DNA from: Anthoceros angustus
Lineage: Eukaryota; Plantae; Anthocerotophyta
Length of the DNA: 64,000 bases
Reading direction: 5' to 3'
NCBI GenBank assembly: GCA_010909165.1
Contig: MU008199.1
Location: 124,001-188,000 of the forward strand
Part shown: piece by piece, positions 12,819 through 23,255 of the stretch
How positions within the stretch are numbered: position 1 is the first letter of the stretch
Layout of the letters: each line of letters opens with the position of its first letter
Position numbers and translations under genes: made by a program
The notes under the pieces: generated by a model
The model's input: the letters and a program-made list of their open reading frames with translations, nothing else
What the model was told of the DNA's origin: nothing
The model's database searches: none

Positions 12819-13370
12819 ATGGCCAAACAACCCTCTTCCCCACCCCAGGACCCAATCCCGCTCCCGAACCACACTCCGAGCTTGGAGATTCGGCACCACC
12901 CCGAGAAGGGACGTGGGGTCTTCTCCCTTGAATCACTCCCTCGGAACGCTCTGGTCGACGTCTCGCCGATCCTTTTGTTCCCGCACGACGAGTACTCACA
13001 GCACGGCCGCTTCACGCTGCTGGATCACTACACGTATCGATGGCCGGGGGGATTTGCGCTGCCGCTAGGGCTGGGCTCCATCTTCAATCACTCGCGCAGG
13101 CCCAACGTTGGGTTCGTGAGAGACACGGAGCGGGCATTCATTCAGTACAAAACTATGAGGCAGGTGGAGGCCGGGGAGGAGCTGTGCATCAGCTACGGGA
13201 AGAATTTGTGGTTCGATTATGTTGACGACAACCCAGGTGCCGAGGACAGCGAAGTGGAGGAGCACGACGCGGAGTCGGCTAACGAAATGTTAGCCAGGAT
13301 CACGCTAGGAGATGATGAACACGCCACCCAGCTTTCCGCACCTTACGAGCAGGGCTTGTCGACCTCCTAG
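12819..13370 (+). CDS. Small stand-alone SET-domain protein-lysine methyltransferase (fission-yeast Set7/vSET-like), intronless
   Basis: 183 aa with KGRGVF, LGLGSIFNHS and GEELCISYG SET signatures, no pre-/post-SET Cys clusters, and an acidic tail. Confidence 0.88.
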   Translation: MAKQPSSPPQDPIPLPNHTPSLEIRHHPEKGRGVFSLESLPRNALVDVSPILLFPHDEYSQHGRFTLLDHYTYRWPGGFALPLGLGSIFNHSRRPNVGFVRDTERAFIQYKTMRQVEAGEELCISYGKNLWFDYVDDNPGAEDSEVEEHDAESANEMLARITLGDDEHATQLSAPYEQGLSTS

Positions 13371-13957
13371 CTGACGTCGAATTCCTTCAGACTGCCAGGC
13401 TTCGACCTTGAGGACCATGTGTTGCTTCTGTACGCAATTTTGTTGCATGGTTCAAAGTAGCATGTGTGAAATTGAGGAAGAATTATTTTTATTATTATTG
13501 TTAATTAATTGAATTAAATTATAGAAAATTTAGCACCCACTCACACCCCCTTTCCAACGAGGTGGGGCAGTCACGCAGTTAGCGGCAATAACACCACCAC
13601 TAGACACCAGCATTAGGCCTCCAAGTAGCCAGCCGTCCTTCCACGGGACTACTCGTAGTCAGCACATGTTCTTTATTCCAGCAAGAGTCAACAAGAATAC
13701 GAGAGATCGGAGAGAGCTCCCCATATTGACCTAAGCTTAGCTCTCCCTCGATCTCTTCCTCAACAGCTCTCCTCTAGCACGCTCACACTCTAGGCTTCCA
13801 AAGCGTGTAGGCACCTCAGTCCTATCTCACAAGAGTGTAGCCCTAAGTGCTAGGATCCTCCTAGAACACCATAATTTTTCAAGAGGGGGAATATACCCGA
13901 TGGGGGTTTATAGCTTTTATTCTTCGAAGAGGGTTTCTAATGGGTCTAAAACTAGCC

Positions 13958-14748
13958 TGTTGTGGCATGCTCTGAAAATTTATCACAAAATCATGGTGTC
14001 ATACTATTGGTTGCATTGTTTTCATGAGTGGCAGAGGCATGTGAAGGGTTAAGGCTTTTGTCATGCCGTGTGATACTAATCTCTGCACTTGGGTTTAGTG
14101 TTTGATTAGCATTAATTAATTTAATTACTTATCTTTAAGTAAGTAATTAGTGTTAGTTAATCCAAGGTGCTTATGTTAATTAAGCATTTATTAGTGTGAA
14201 TTAATCTAAGGTGCTTATGTTAATTAAGTATTGATTAGTGTTAATTAAACATGGTTAGCAATAGCTAAGTGGATAAGCTCAAGTAATATGCTTTGGCATA
14301 TTCCTTGCATATTATAGTGTATTTTAGGATACAATAGCTAAGTGGATAAGCTCAAGTAATATGCTTGGGCATATTCCTTGCATATTATAGTGTATTCTTA
14401 GGATATTTGTGGCATATCACGTGCGATAGGATATCTTAGGAATATGCCGATGCCGAGTCTAGTATATAGACCCTTCCATTGAGACAAGCTCGGATCATAG
14501 CTTGTCCTCAGATATCTGATAAAGGCGTTGTGAGGAGGCTAAAGCTATGACTCAGGAGGCGATGTGTGAGGAATTTGCGTGTTGTTCTCGTGGGAGAGTG
14601 TGTTTGTGCCACGACGTGCAAGCTACTCCCTCCTGTTGGGATTGGTTGCACCTATATATCTGCGTATCAGATTTGTTTGCTTGGTTGTTGGTCGAGGAAG
14701 TGCTTATATGAATTCAAGTGCTTACCTCGTGCGATACTTTCCACAACA
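13958..14748 (+). mobile_element. Possible solo LTR
   Basis: TGTTGTGG...CCACAACA 8-bp terminal inverted ends, TATA-like TATATA at ~14463, and an internal ~72-bp direct duplication (14259-14404). No TSD recognised. Confidence 0.45.
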
Positions 14749-14860
14749 CATCGATTTCCGGCATAATTGAACCCATGTAGTTGACCATTCCTACCGGTGT
14801 TAGGCACGTAAATACTGCCCTTCAACTAGGGCACTATGTGAAAATACCAAAAGAAGACTA

Positions 14861-16732
14861 ACAGCGTCTGTTTAGAAAGGGGTTTCTCCTGAAACCCCTT
14901 TTTGCACACGGACTTGACCGGACCCCTTTTTGCACTTGAAAAAATCCGCACTATAATCAGGCTTTTTGATATTTCTCCGCAGACATGTTACCCGCAACCT
15001 TTTGAATAATTTTTTGATACACGTTATTTGAGATAGATTGCAAGTACGTGGCAAAACCTAAAGTCCCATTCTCGCTCGGCTTTTTTCAACCGACATAAAA
15101 TTCACAAGAAACTTATGCGCCAAGACTTACATCATCAGCTCCAACATCCGCAATCATTTCCGTGTTGGACGATACAAAATATTTAGAGTTTTTAGGGCTT
15201 GCTGTAATTCTGGTCCGCAAACTTGTTTGCGCACCTACCTTTCATTCATACTAGTCAATCCTATGACTATACTCTCCCGAGAATTTTACAGGACTTTGTT
15301 CCTTAGACATTGGGACAATAATATCTTCTTTGGCCTGATGCTCTTGATCCACGTCTAGTGCGAGAATGAGAGTGGCATGGTCTGCACTTAGAGCTGGGCC
15401 CACGCCAAACGTCTCAAGATTCAAAAGATGCAAAAGGTTCTCACTACTAGTTCAAAGTTTTAACTACTAGAAAAAAGATGAGGGTTAAGTAAAGATAAGA
15501 ACATATCCACACTAGGGTGCTGCACGAAAAAGGTTGAAAACGTCGAAAGGAACCCTTTAAAACAACAAAAATATCAAAAAAAATACAAAAAAATGCAAAA
15601 ATTTGTCAAAATTTTAGAGCAAGTGCGCGCACTTGCCTCAAAAAGCTGGAATTTTTTGTAATTTTTAAGATGTTTTTAGGATTTTTTAAGACTTTTTGCT
15701 CTTTTTTTCTTTGGATGAACCGTCTTGGAATGCACTAGGAGGCATGAACCATTTGGGTTCATGCTCTCAGGCCCTTCTTGACCTTGGGTGCGTGTACTTG
15801 TGTGCACACTTGCGCCTCCTTGCCGTGGTGCGCACAAGTGCGCACAAGTGCGCGCACAAGTGCGCACAAGTGCGCGCACAAGTGCGCGCACAAGTGCGCG
15901 CACAAGTGCGCGCACAAGTGCGCACACCCGGCCCCTTGCTCCTAGTGCGCGCACAAGTGCGCGCGTGCGCGCACTTGTGTGCACATCCAGCCCCTTGCCG
16001 TGGTGCGCACTTGTGTGCACACTTGCGCCTCCTTGCCCCTGTGTGCACATCCAGCCCCTTGCCGTGGTGCGCACAAGTGCGCGCACAAGTGCGCGCACCC
16101 GGCCCCTTGCCTCGGTGCATGCACTTGTTCACCCACCGGGCCCCCGGCATGTTTGATGATAACCCGGTACTAGGTCACGAAAGAGGCGGAAACACCGTCT
16201 GAATAAAAGGGATAGGGTGTTCTTCGTCGCATTAGGGCATAGGATAGGTATATAAGAGTGGTCTAGGTGAACCTCCATGATGTCGCTACTTGTTATTTTG
16301 TCGGGAGTTCGGCATCCTCGACCGCCAAAAGGACATGCTTCCCATTAGAAGATCATTTTTCGCGTTCTTTTTGCAGTGCATGCACAAGTATGCACATAAG
16401 CGTTGTTTTAGGCGCGCACTTATGCGCCTAGGCCCTCTGGTATATAAAACATACAAAACCACACAAATGCGAAACTACGGACATGACGAAATTATGGAAC
16501 AATGAGGTCATCGCCTTCATCACACCGACTAAATCGCCATGAACTGAGTATAAGGCGCCAGCGGTGTAAATGACTCGGCAGAAGTGGTGCGGGCCGAGAA
16601 TGCCCGAAACCGATGGATGAACACCTACAAAACCAACAAAACCAAACCAACTTCAGTTTCCGGCAAAATAGGGTTGGGATTTTTTCCAAAACCCCTTTTG
16701 ACAGGAGAAACCCCTTTTTGAACAGACGCTGT
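14861..16732. mobile_element. Inner TIR DNA transposon (non-autonomous), ~31-bp TIRs, TA TSD
   Basis: TA|ACAGCGTCTGTTTAGAAAGGGGTTTCTCCTG ... CAGGAGAAACCCCTTTTTGAACAGACGCTGT|TA. A second, diverged partial copy lies at ~61577-62370 on the opposite strand. Confidence 0.82.
15790..16125. repeat. GC-rich minisatellite (GCGCGCACAAGT)n and variants inside the inner TIR element
   Basis: 10-12-bp units GTGCGCGCACAA / GTGCGCACAA repeated; source of the spurious repetitive ORFs in all frames. Confidence 0.9.
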
Positions 16733-18849
16733 TAGACCCTGAGTAGTGGTTTATATACTACACATTGGGTGTATTCCTGAGTATGCAAGGAAAGAGCGCC
16801 GGCCGGCCGGCGCCCTTTCCCTGCATACCCAAGGTTTTGGGGTTTAGGTCAAAGTTCCTGGTCGTCATTCTCAATTCCCACACATAGTTTGCGCAATGTC
16901 CTTCACCTATGTGGTAGAGTATGCATTCCACTATTTTAGTCTAGCGCGGGGCAGCGCGAAGTCCTTCGAAGCAAATGACCACCCTCTGTGGGGAACACAA
17001 ATGCCTTGTGCTTCATGCACACTATTTCAACCATATAAGTTAGCCAAAGCAGGAGCCGTTGCCTTAAAACATTTTTAAACAAACAGAGTAAGTGGGACTA
17101 GTTCCCCTCAAAACCAGGACCCCAAAGGTTTTGTCCCACCACGCATCTATCTACACGGCAGTCTCAAAGTAATGCTATGCTCCACGTTTTGGCGGGTACT
17201 TGAACATGCTCATATTTTCTTCGAGAATGAAGCTGCACATATTACAGTACGAATGAATGAATGAAAATGGGTTCATAGGTTTTTTGGAAAATAGGTGCAA
17301 CTATGGCATGAGAAAAGAGTTTCACTATACGCATTCATAAAGAGAACGCTGGCCAGCCGGCGCCCTTCCCATGCATGTCCTCCTCATGGCTGCCTTTGAT
17401 AAAATAAATAATTAGCTCATTCAATTTGAAACATTCAAATGCCCGCACTTATCTGCTACTTAGCAGATATCCGCTCATTCAATTTGAAACATACATTCAA
17501 ATGGTTGAGGGAATGGGTTACTTGTTTGATAAAGGCAACGATTCAATCCCATGAAAGCCAAAACCCAGGCATGCGTGAATGTTCTCGTAAACCAAAACGG
17601 CAAAGGAATGATGCATAAGCTACGACCACAGCTGTTGGATGCTTATGCAAGTGCTTGATGAGGCAGAAGTTTGGGATTATGAAGACGCCAAGTCCATAGG
17701 CAAGAACAATGGTTTTGATGACCCAGAAGTGGAGTGCATGTGGAACTTAGAAGTAGTCATACATGGAGTGTTGGCTCAAGGCCCAGATGAGTTACAGATT
17801 GGTCGCCATGAGGGACCATTCGTGGCGTAGCCGCTTGCATGTGCTCATTTTAAAGTTAACAGTTTTTGTCCCAATCATTGTGGATGCCACCATGTCGGCA
17901 TTCTAACACAACCTTCAGTTTTGTTTCTTACCAAAGTAGAACCATATCTAGTTTTGATGAATTTATTGAATGATGTTCATGAACACATCACGGAGGGCGC
18001 TGGCCCGCCGGCGCCCTAGACAGGCTCTCTATCATGTCAATGGAAAGACTGTAGACTCTCTGTTTGTGGATGGAATAACCAGGATAATGTCATTTTGAAG
18101 AATGGGCTAAAACCCTCTTTTAAGGTCAGTGTCGATTTCGTGAAGGAGGTCCAAAAGCAAAAAAAGAGGGTTCGTACATTAACCTCCTTTCAGAATTATG
18201 GTGGAACAAATGTGTAATTTAGCAATGATGTTGGATTCAGTATCGGCTAGGGCACCGGATGAGTCACAACATAGCCCCCATCATATTCCTCCATTCTAAA
18301 GTAGACAGACTCAATTAAACATTGGATTGACGGTGAAAGGTCCATTTTTTTGGTAGTATAGAAAGTTCGCCAGTAGTTCCCCACAATGTAGTACAAGGCT
18401 TGAGTGTTGTGATAGACCCGTCAAGGCGCCGACTGGCCGACGTCTTGATGGGTCATTGTAGTAGAGGCAACTGGTAAACATTTGGTGTATAAGTGTATGT
18501 GCCCCAGGAATGGGAGTGATATTTTGAACATGACATAAAAAGGCTATTTTCGGACCGGGCAGTGTTTGGTCAAGAGGGTCCAACCCCAAAAGAAGAGGGT
18601 TTGTATATTCCCCCTTGTGTTTAATTTGGATTCATGAGGACGCCGGTCGATCGGCGCCCTGTTTTGGTCTATAGGGGGGATACTGCTATAAATTATATCT
18701 TTTACCGAATATTTAGACTTTCGAAGGGCATGCTGATTTTCATGACTAGGCAATTCCGGCACTTTGAAGAGGGTGTCAAATCCGTCAAGGGGGTTTTGTT
18801 TCTATCGAAGGGGGTTTGTGTATTCCCCCTCTTGAAAAATTATGGTGTT

Positions 18850-19090
18850 CTAGACATGCTCACACTCTAGGCTCCCAAAGCCTATAGGCACCTCAGTCCT
18901 ATCCTCACAAGAGTGTAGCATTAAGTGCTAGGATCCTCCTAGACATGCTCATACTCTAGGCTCCCAAAGCCTGTAGGCACCTCAGTCCTGTCCCCACAAG
19001 AGTGTACCCCTAAGTGCTAGGATCCTCCTAGACATGTTCACACTCTAGGCTCCCAAAGCCTGTAGGCACCCTAATCTTATTTTCACGAGT
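18850..19090. repeat. 89-bp tandem repeat (units at 18850, 18939, 19028; further unit at ~13774-13863)
   Basis: Unit CTAGACATGCTCACACTCTAGGCTCCCAAAGCCTRTAGGCACCTCAGTCCT...GTGCTAGGATCCTC. Confidence 0.9.
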
Positions 19091-20316
19091 GTGGCTTTTA
19101 TCCTCACAAGTGTGGCTCCAAATGCGAGAATCATGGCATGATCTTCTCTAAAATGTGTTGATTGCGAGTCGTTCTGTGGAAGGATGGCGAGCTACTTGGA
19201 GGCCTAATGCTGGTGTATGGTGATGTCATTGTCGCTAACTGCGTGACTGCCCCACCTCGCTAGAAAGGGGGTGTTACTTGAGATCCAGGGCTACATGCCT
19301 CTTATGCAAGGCTCCTTACTCACTCGCTCCTAATGTCAATGACAGTACTTACTGATAACTCTCTTGTTGGTGATATAGCGAGCCACTTATGAACAGCTTC
19401 GGTGATAAGTCGGCTCTTCCCTATCCATTGGCCCTTTCCTATCCATTTTGGGGCTGTCGGTACCTTGAGAGTAGACACTCGCAAAAGCTAGTCCCCTCTT
19501 TGGCCTAGAGGTCTTTTTTTGTGGGTTGTTCTCTGGTGTAGATGGAACTTCCCATCTCAACTTAGTTTATAAAGTCTTCTCATTCTTGTAGATGAGCGCT
19601 TTATTGTAGAATAAGTCTTTGGTATCTTTGATTTTCTTGATTGTAAAGTTATTAGATATCCTCAAGGGATTTCTACATTTCTTTCCGAGACCACCAATCT
19701 CATACACCAAAAACCAAAAGTGAGTATGTACATAGATAAGATAATAAACCCTCACACTCTCAACCATGGGGATAAGTGCTCTCAAAACTAAGTGAGAAAT
19801 CCAAACCTTTTGTTTCGAGTCAGTATTAAAAAATTCCTTCAAAACATCCGGGATAAATTAATCGGGGAATGACGAGGGGCTTTTTTGTGATTTTTTTGCT
19901 TAAATATTAATTGTATTTTTTGGATGTCATGTTAACTGTATACATTTTTCCGTGAACAGCATAATTGAAAACTTGTAATTCTCTTCAAAATGAATGATGT
20001 ATGCCACTTACGATTATCATGTGTGTATATTCTTGTACCAAAATCCATGTAATTTTCCACGAGCCTCATTTCTTGGTTTTTGGGTGGAATCTTATGTTGT
20101 GTAGAATGCTACAGTCCATGCTTGCTTGAACAAACATTTCCATGGACACCTAGCATTGTTTTCTAAGCATGTGCCAAAAATCGGAGTCAAATAGCCCAAT
20201 ATGATTGCCAAAGAATTTTCACAAAGGCCAAGAACCTTGCAAGGGCCTAGGTTACATGAAATCTGCTTTCCACATATACACCCTCTCGCCGTTCACATTT
20301 CCACATTTGAACGTAC

Positions 20317-21900
20317 ATGAAGTATGGACCAAGGCAGCATGGAACAAGTCAATGGAGACTAGAAGCATCCCAGCGAGCGCAAAATGTACAAGCAGGGCAT
20401 TACTATAACTGCAGGGCACCGGATCATTACGCCAACACTTGTCCAGAACCGAGGAGACAAATTGGTTACATGCCGTTTTGTCAGATTTGTAAAGCCGCTC
20501 GGCATATTGCAGGCGACCCCAGGTGTACGGGTCCCAAGGCTGTTCAATTTGAAGTTCTTCTACAATGGGTGGAGGAGGTTCAGACATTCTTTCTTCGGCC
20601 CCACATTGCATGTAAGAAGTCTATCCCCCTTGCCATCTTTCTTGCAGAGTTTGCCACTTTCCCGCTTGAACTTGAAGGTTTGTTTCGCCTAACCAACTTC
20701 CTATACCGCCTCTACTCTCTAGAAGAAGCTTAGTCTAACCACCCCACCTCCACTCCCTCATACCTCCTTCTTGCATTCCAATCATCCCGGAAGTTAGCCT
20801 CCTCTGGAAACAAGACATGTTGGTATGCCCAGTCTTCTTCCTGGCTGGAGAAGTTTGGATTCTGTCCCGAGAATCTCCCGGCCCACCCCCTCTTTCAATT
20901 CCTTCCCCCTCCTCCGAATAAGTCCATCCGCCTTGAACTGCAAACTACCTATTTGTCTTATACCTGGTCTCCTATCTCTCCCTTACCCACTAAGCTAGAA
21001 ACTTACAAACAACTTTTTCGTATCCTCTCCAACTCTGGGAAACCAATGCTTCCTCTCTATCTTCGCACCCATGTGTCCTTCAAGCTTAGGATGATTATGG
21101 GTCATCTTCGGGTGGGGTCCCACCATCTCAGGGTTGAGACTGATAGATGGCTGCGTCCAAAGCCACCTAAGGAGACCCGAATATGCAGGTTATGCAACAG
21201 GGATGTTGAGACTGAGGAACACTTTGTTTTCCTCTGTCCCATATATGAAGATATCAGGCATACATTTATGAATCTATTTACAACTCGATCTTCACTTAGG
21301 GGTTTTTTCAATTTTCCTGACCCTATTATTGCAGGAGTTTGCTTGAAATAAATGTGGGAAATGAGGACCAACCAACTTCAACTTCTCAACTTGCCGGATA
21401 TTTGATTATGCCTCACACTATTCTCTCGGACTCGAATAGCGATTAAATTTCATTATAGTCTCTTTGTATATCTGTCATATCAGTCCCATGACGGAAATCC
21501 GTCCTTAGTGAACTTAAATAAAATTCTTCTTCTTCTTCTGTTCTCACTCGCCCGGGCGTGCGTTCTACAAACCTAGTAGTCACAAAGGAAATCCCGCCGA
21601 ACCCCGAAACTGCCCTATCCGTCACCACACCGGCCATTCTACGAGTGGAGGTGGAGGAGAGCAACGTTTGGGGAGAGGGGCGGGAGAACTTGGGGGAATT
21701 TGTGGAAGGAGGCACCGGAACATCGGAAGAGGAGGAACAAGTCGCACACATTACTACTCGTTCAAAACGACGCGAGAGCAAAGGGCAAGAAAAGGAAGAA
21801 GGAGGCGCAACGCCAACAACAGGAGATAGAACTTAAGAAGAGGAAGAAGCATGAAAGACTGCGTGTCATGATGGCTGGAATCAGGCAGAGGAGCGCCCTG
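20317..21900 (+). mobile_element. Ty3/Gypsy-type gag remnant interrupted by a LINE
   Basis: Zinc knuckle YNCRAPDHYANTC (Cx2Cx4Hx4C-like, first Cys degenerate) plus CQICKAARH. After removing the LINE the frame continues ...VQFEVLTRPGVRSTNLV...EEQVAHITTRSK, a TRS linker typical of Gypsy gag. Confidence 0.65.
20559..21539 (+). mobile_element. 5'-truncated non-LTR retrotransposon (LINE 3' end; RTE/RTEX-like), degenerate
   Basis: Post-RT peptide VEEVQTFFLR...LAEF...P, LRVGSHHLRVETDRW, C-terminal zinc finger RICRLCNRDVETEEHFVFLCPIY, AATAAA plus (TTC)n tail at 21517-21539, and a 5-bp TSD GTTCT (20554-20558 / 21540-21544). Confidence 0.82.
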
Positions 21901-22730
21901 TTTTAGTAACAGCGCATAAATTGGCATAGGTTGCATATATTAGAATCTTCGAAATAGAGGTCAGATTTTGAGGTATTTTTAATTTTTTTATTTTTTTAAA
22001 TTATAATATTGAAGGTTCAGGTCACCGGAATATATGCTCAAGGTTGGAAAATTCAAAATATAAGTAAAAATAAATATATGAAGTGATGTGTATCATCAAA
22101 GGCTTTTTGAGTAGATTTGTCATTCAGGGTTAACCAGGTGTACATTTGTTTGGAGTTCTTGCAGTGCATGGGAGAAACTTGGCCAAATTATGTAATTTTG
22201 GTGCGCATGAGAACGGCTCTTTTGGTAAGGGCGAAATGCAGCAACAGCGCCTAGTCCCCTGTAAATTAAACGTCAGCCCAGTGCCCACAAAGCGGCTAAA
22301 CCCTGAACAGTCGCAAGAAGTGCAGGTCAGTGCTGATGGGCCGGCTGCCGAGACCTCCATTTGCATCCCTCAGATGTTCTTTCTGGCAGGCAAACACAAG
22401 CCCCTGGGCTGCCTTAGCCGGAATTGAAGCCACTTGTAATGTGGGCTTCCGCGTGTGGGAGGCAGTATGAAATGCGGCCAGGCATTGCGGAAGCCATAGA
22501 TCCAACTGCCAATTGCAGGGATGGCAGGCCGTGCCACCGTTGGATTCCTGCCACACCTTAGTTCAAGGCCGTGACCCGTCCGGCTTGATGCGCTTTATGT
22601 TTTGTGGTTGGGAGGATGTGGATTTCCCTTATACGGAAATGACCTTTCCTTGGACGGAGGATTATGATAACAAACCTGCATTGTGGTTTGGAGGAGGAAG
22701 ATAAGTCGCGGTTCATCAGAGCATGACTGA

Positions 22731-23255
22731 ATGTATCAAGATCGTTACGATCTGCTTAAATGGCCTCCCAACGATGACGCCGACAAACGATGGGCCATCG
22801 ACATTGGTGGACTCCGGTATGTGGGAGAGGGCAACAATGTGTTGCCTCCCACTGGCGCTCAAGGGTCGTACTGGGGCCGGAAAACGGGTGCGGATAGGGC
22901 GGATGACAAGTACCGTGTGTTCTTCAGCAAGGAGAAGAAGAAGAAGAAGCATGTCGAGGAGGACGAGCTTGCCGCTCTCCGGAAGGAGTTTTCCCACATC
23001 AGAGGAGTCAGGCTGCCCAAGCCGGATCCGTTGGGCCCTCCCAAGACCCACATCAAGTATGTGAGTGGACTGAAAGAGGCGGCCAAGGCGAAGGTTATTC
23101 GGCAAAGGACCCTCGAGGGTATCAGCAAGCATGGCTCTATTTATCCGTTCAAGAGAAAATCTGGTCCCAAGCCTCCTCTTGGTCCCGCTCTGATTGAGGA
23201 CCTTGGAACCGTCCGGGCGTTGCATTTCGACTATCTCATTGAGAACGATGATTAG
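22731..23255 (+). CDS. Hypothetical basic protein (174 aa)
   Basis: ATG-initiated ORF with GC3-rich codons like neighbouring genes and a KEKKKKK basic patch. No family recognised. Confidence 0.5.
   Translation: MYQDRYDLLKWPPNDDADKRWAIDIGGLRYVGEGNNVLPPTGAQGSYWGRKTGADRADDKYRVFFSKEKKKKKHVEEDELAALRKEFSHIRGVRLPKPDPLGPPKTHIKYVSGLKEAAKAKVIRQRTLEGISKHGSIYPFKRKSGPKPPLGPALIEDLGTVRALHFDYLIENDD

Larger units (their letters stand above)
13864..18850. mobile_element. Middle TIR DNA transposon (non-autonomous), 30-bp perfect TIRs, TA (or CTAG) TSD
   Basis: GAACACCATAATTTTTCAAGAGGGGGAATA at 13864 and its exact reverse complement at 18821-18850. It is inserted into the CTAG of an 89-bp tandem unit, which is restored when the element is removed. 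Confidence 0.85.
13542..19275. mobile_element. Outer non-autonomous inverted-repeat element (~130-bp imperfect TIRs; ~0.75 kb without inserts)
   Basis: 13542-13670 (ACACCCCCTTTCCAACGAGGTGGGGCAGTCACGCAGTTAGCG...) is the reverse complement of ~19150-19275. Internal 89-bp tandem units lie on both sides of the inner insert. No TSD found. Confidence 0.7.

Noticed and set aside
15060-15440. Transposase/Ulp1 remnant in the inner TIR element (QHGNDCG)
   Set aside because: A single short motif among many stops; insufficient support.
15676-16202. Repetitive ORFs (VRAQ/CART/ALVR repeats)
   Set aside because: Translations of a 12-bp minisatellite within a non-autonomous TE.
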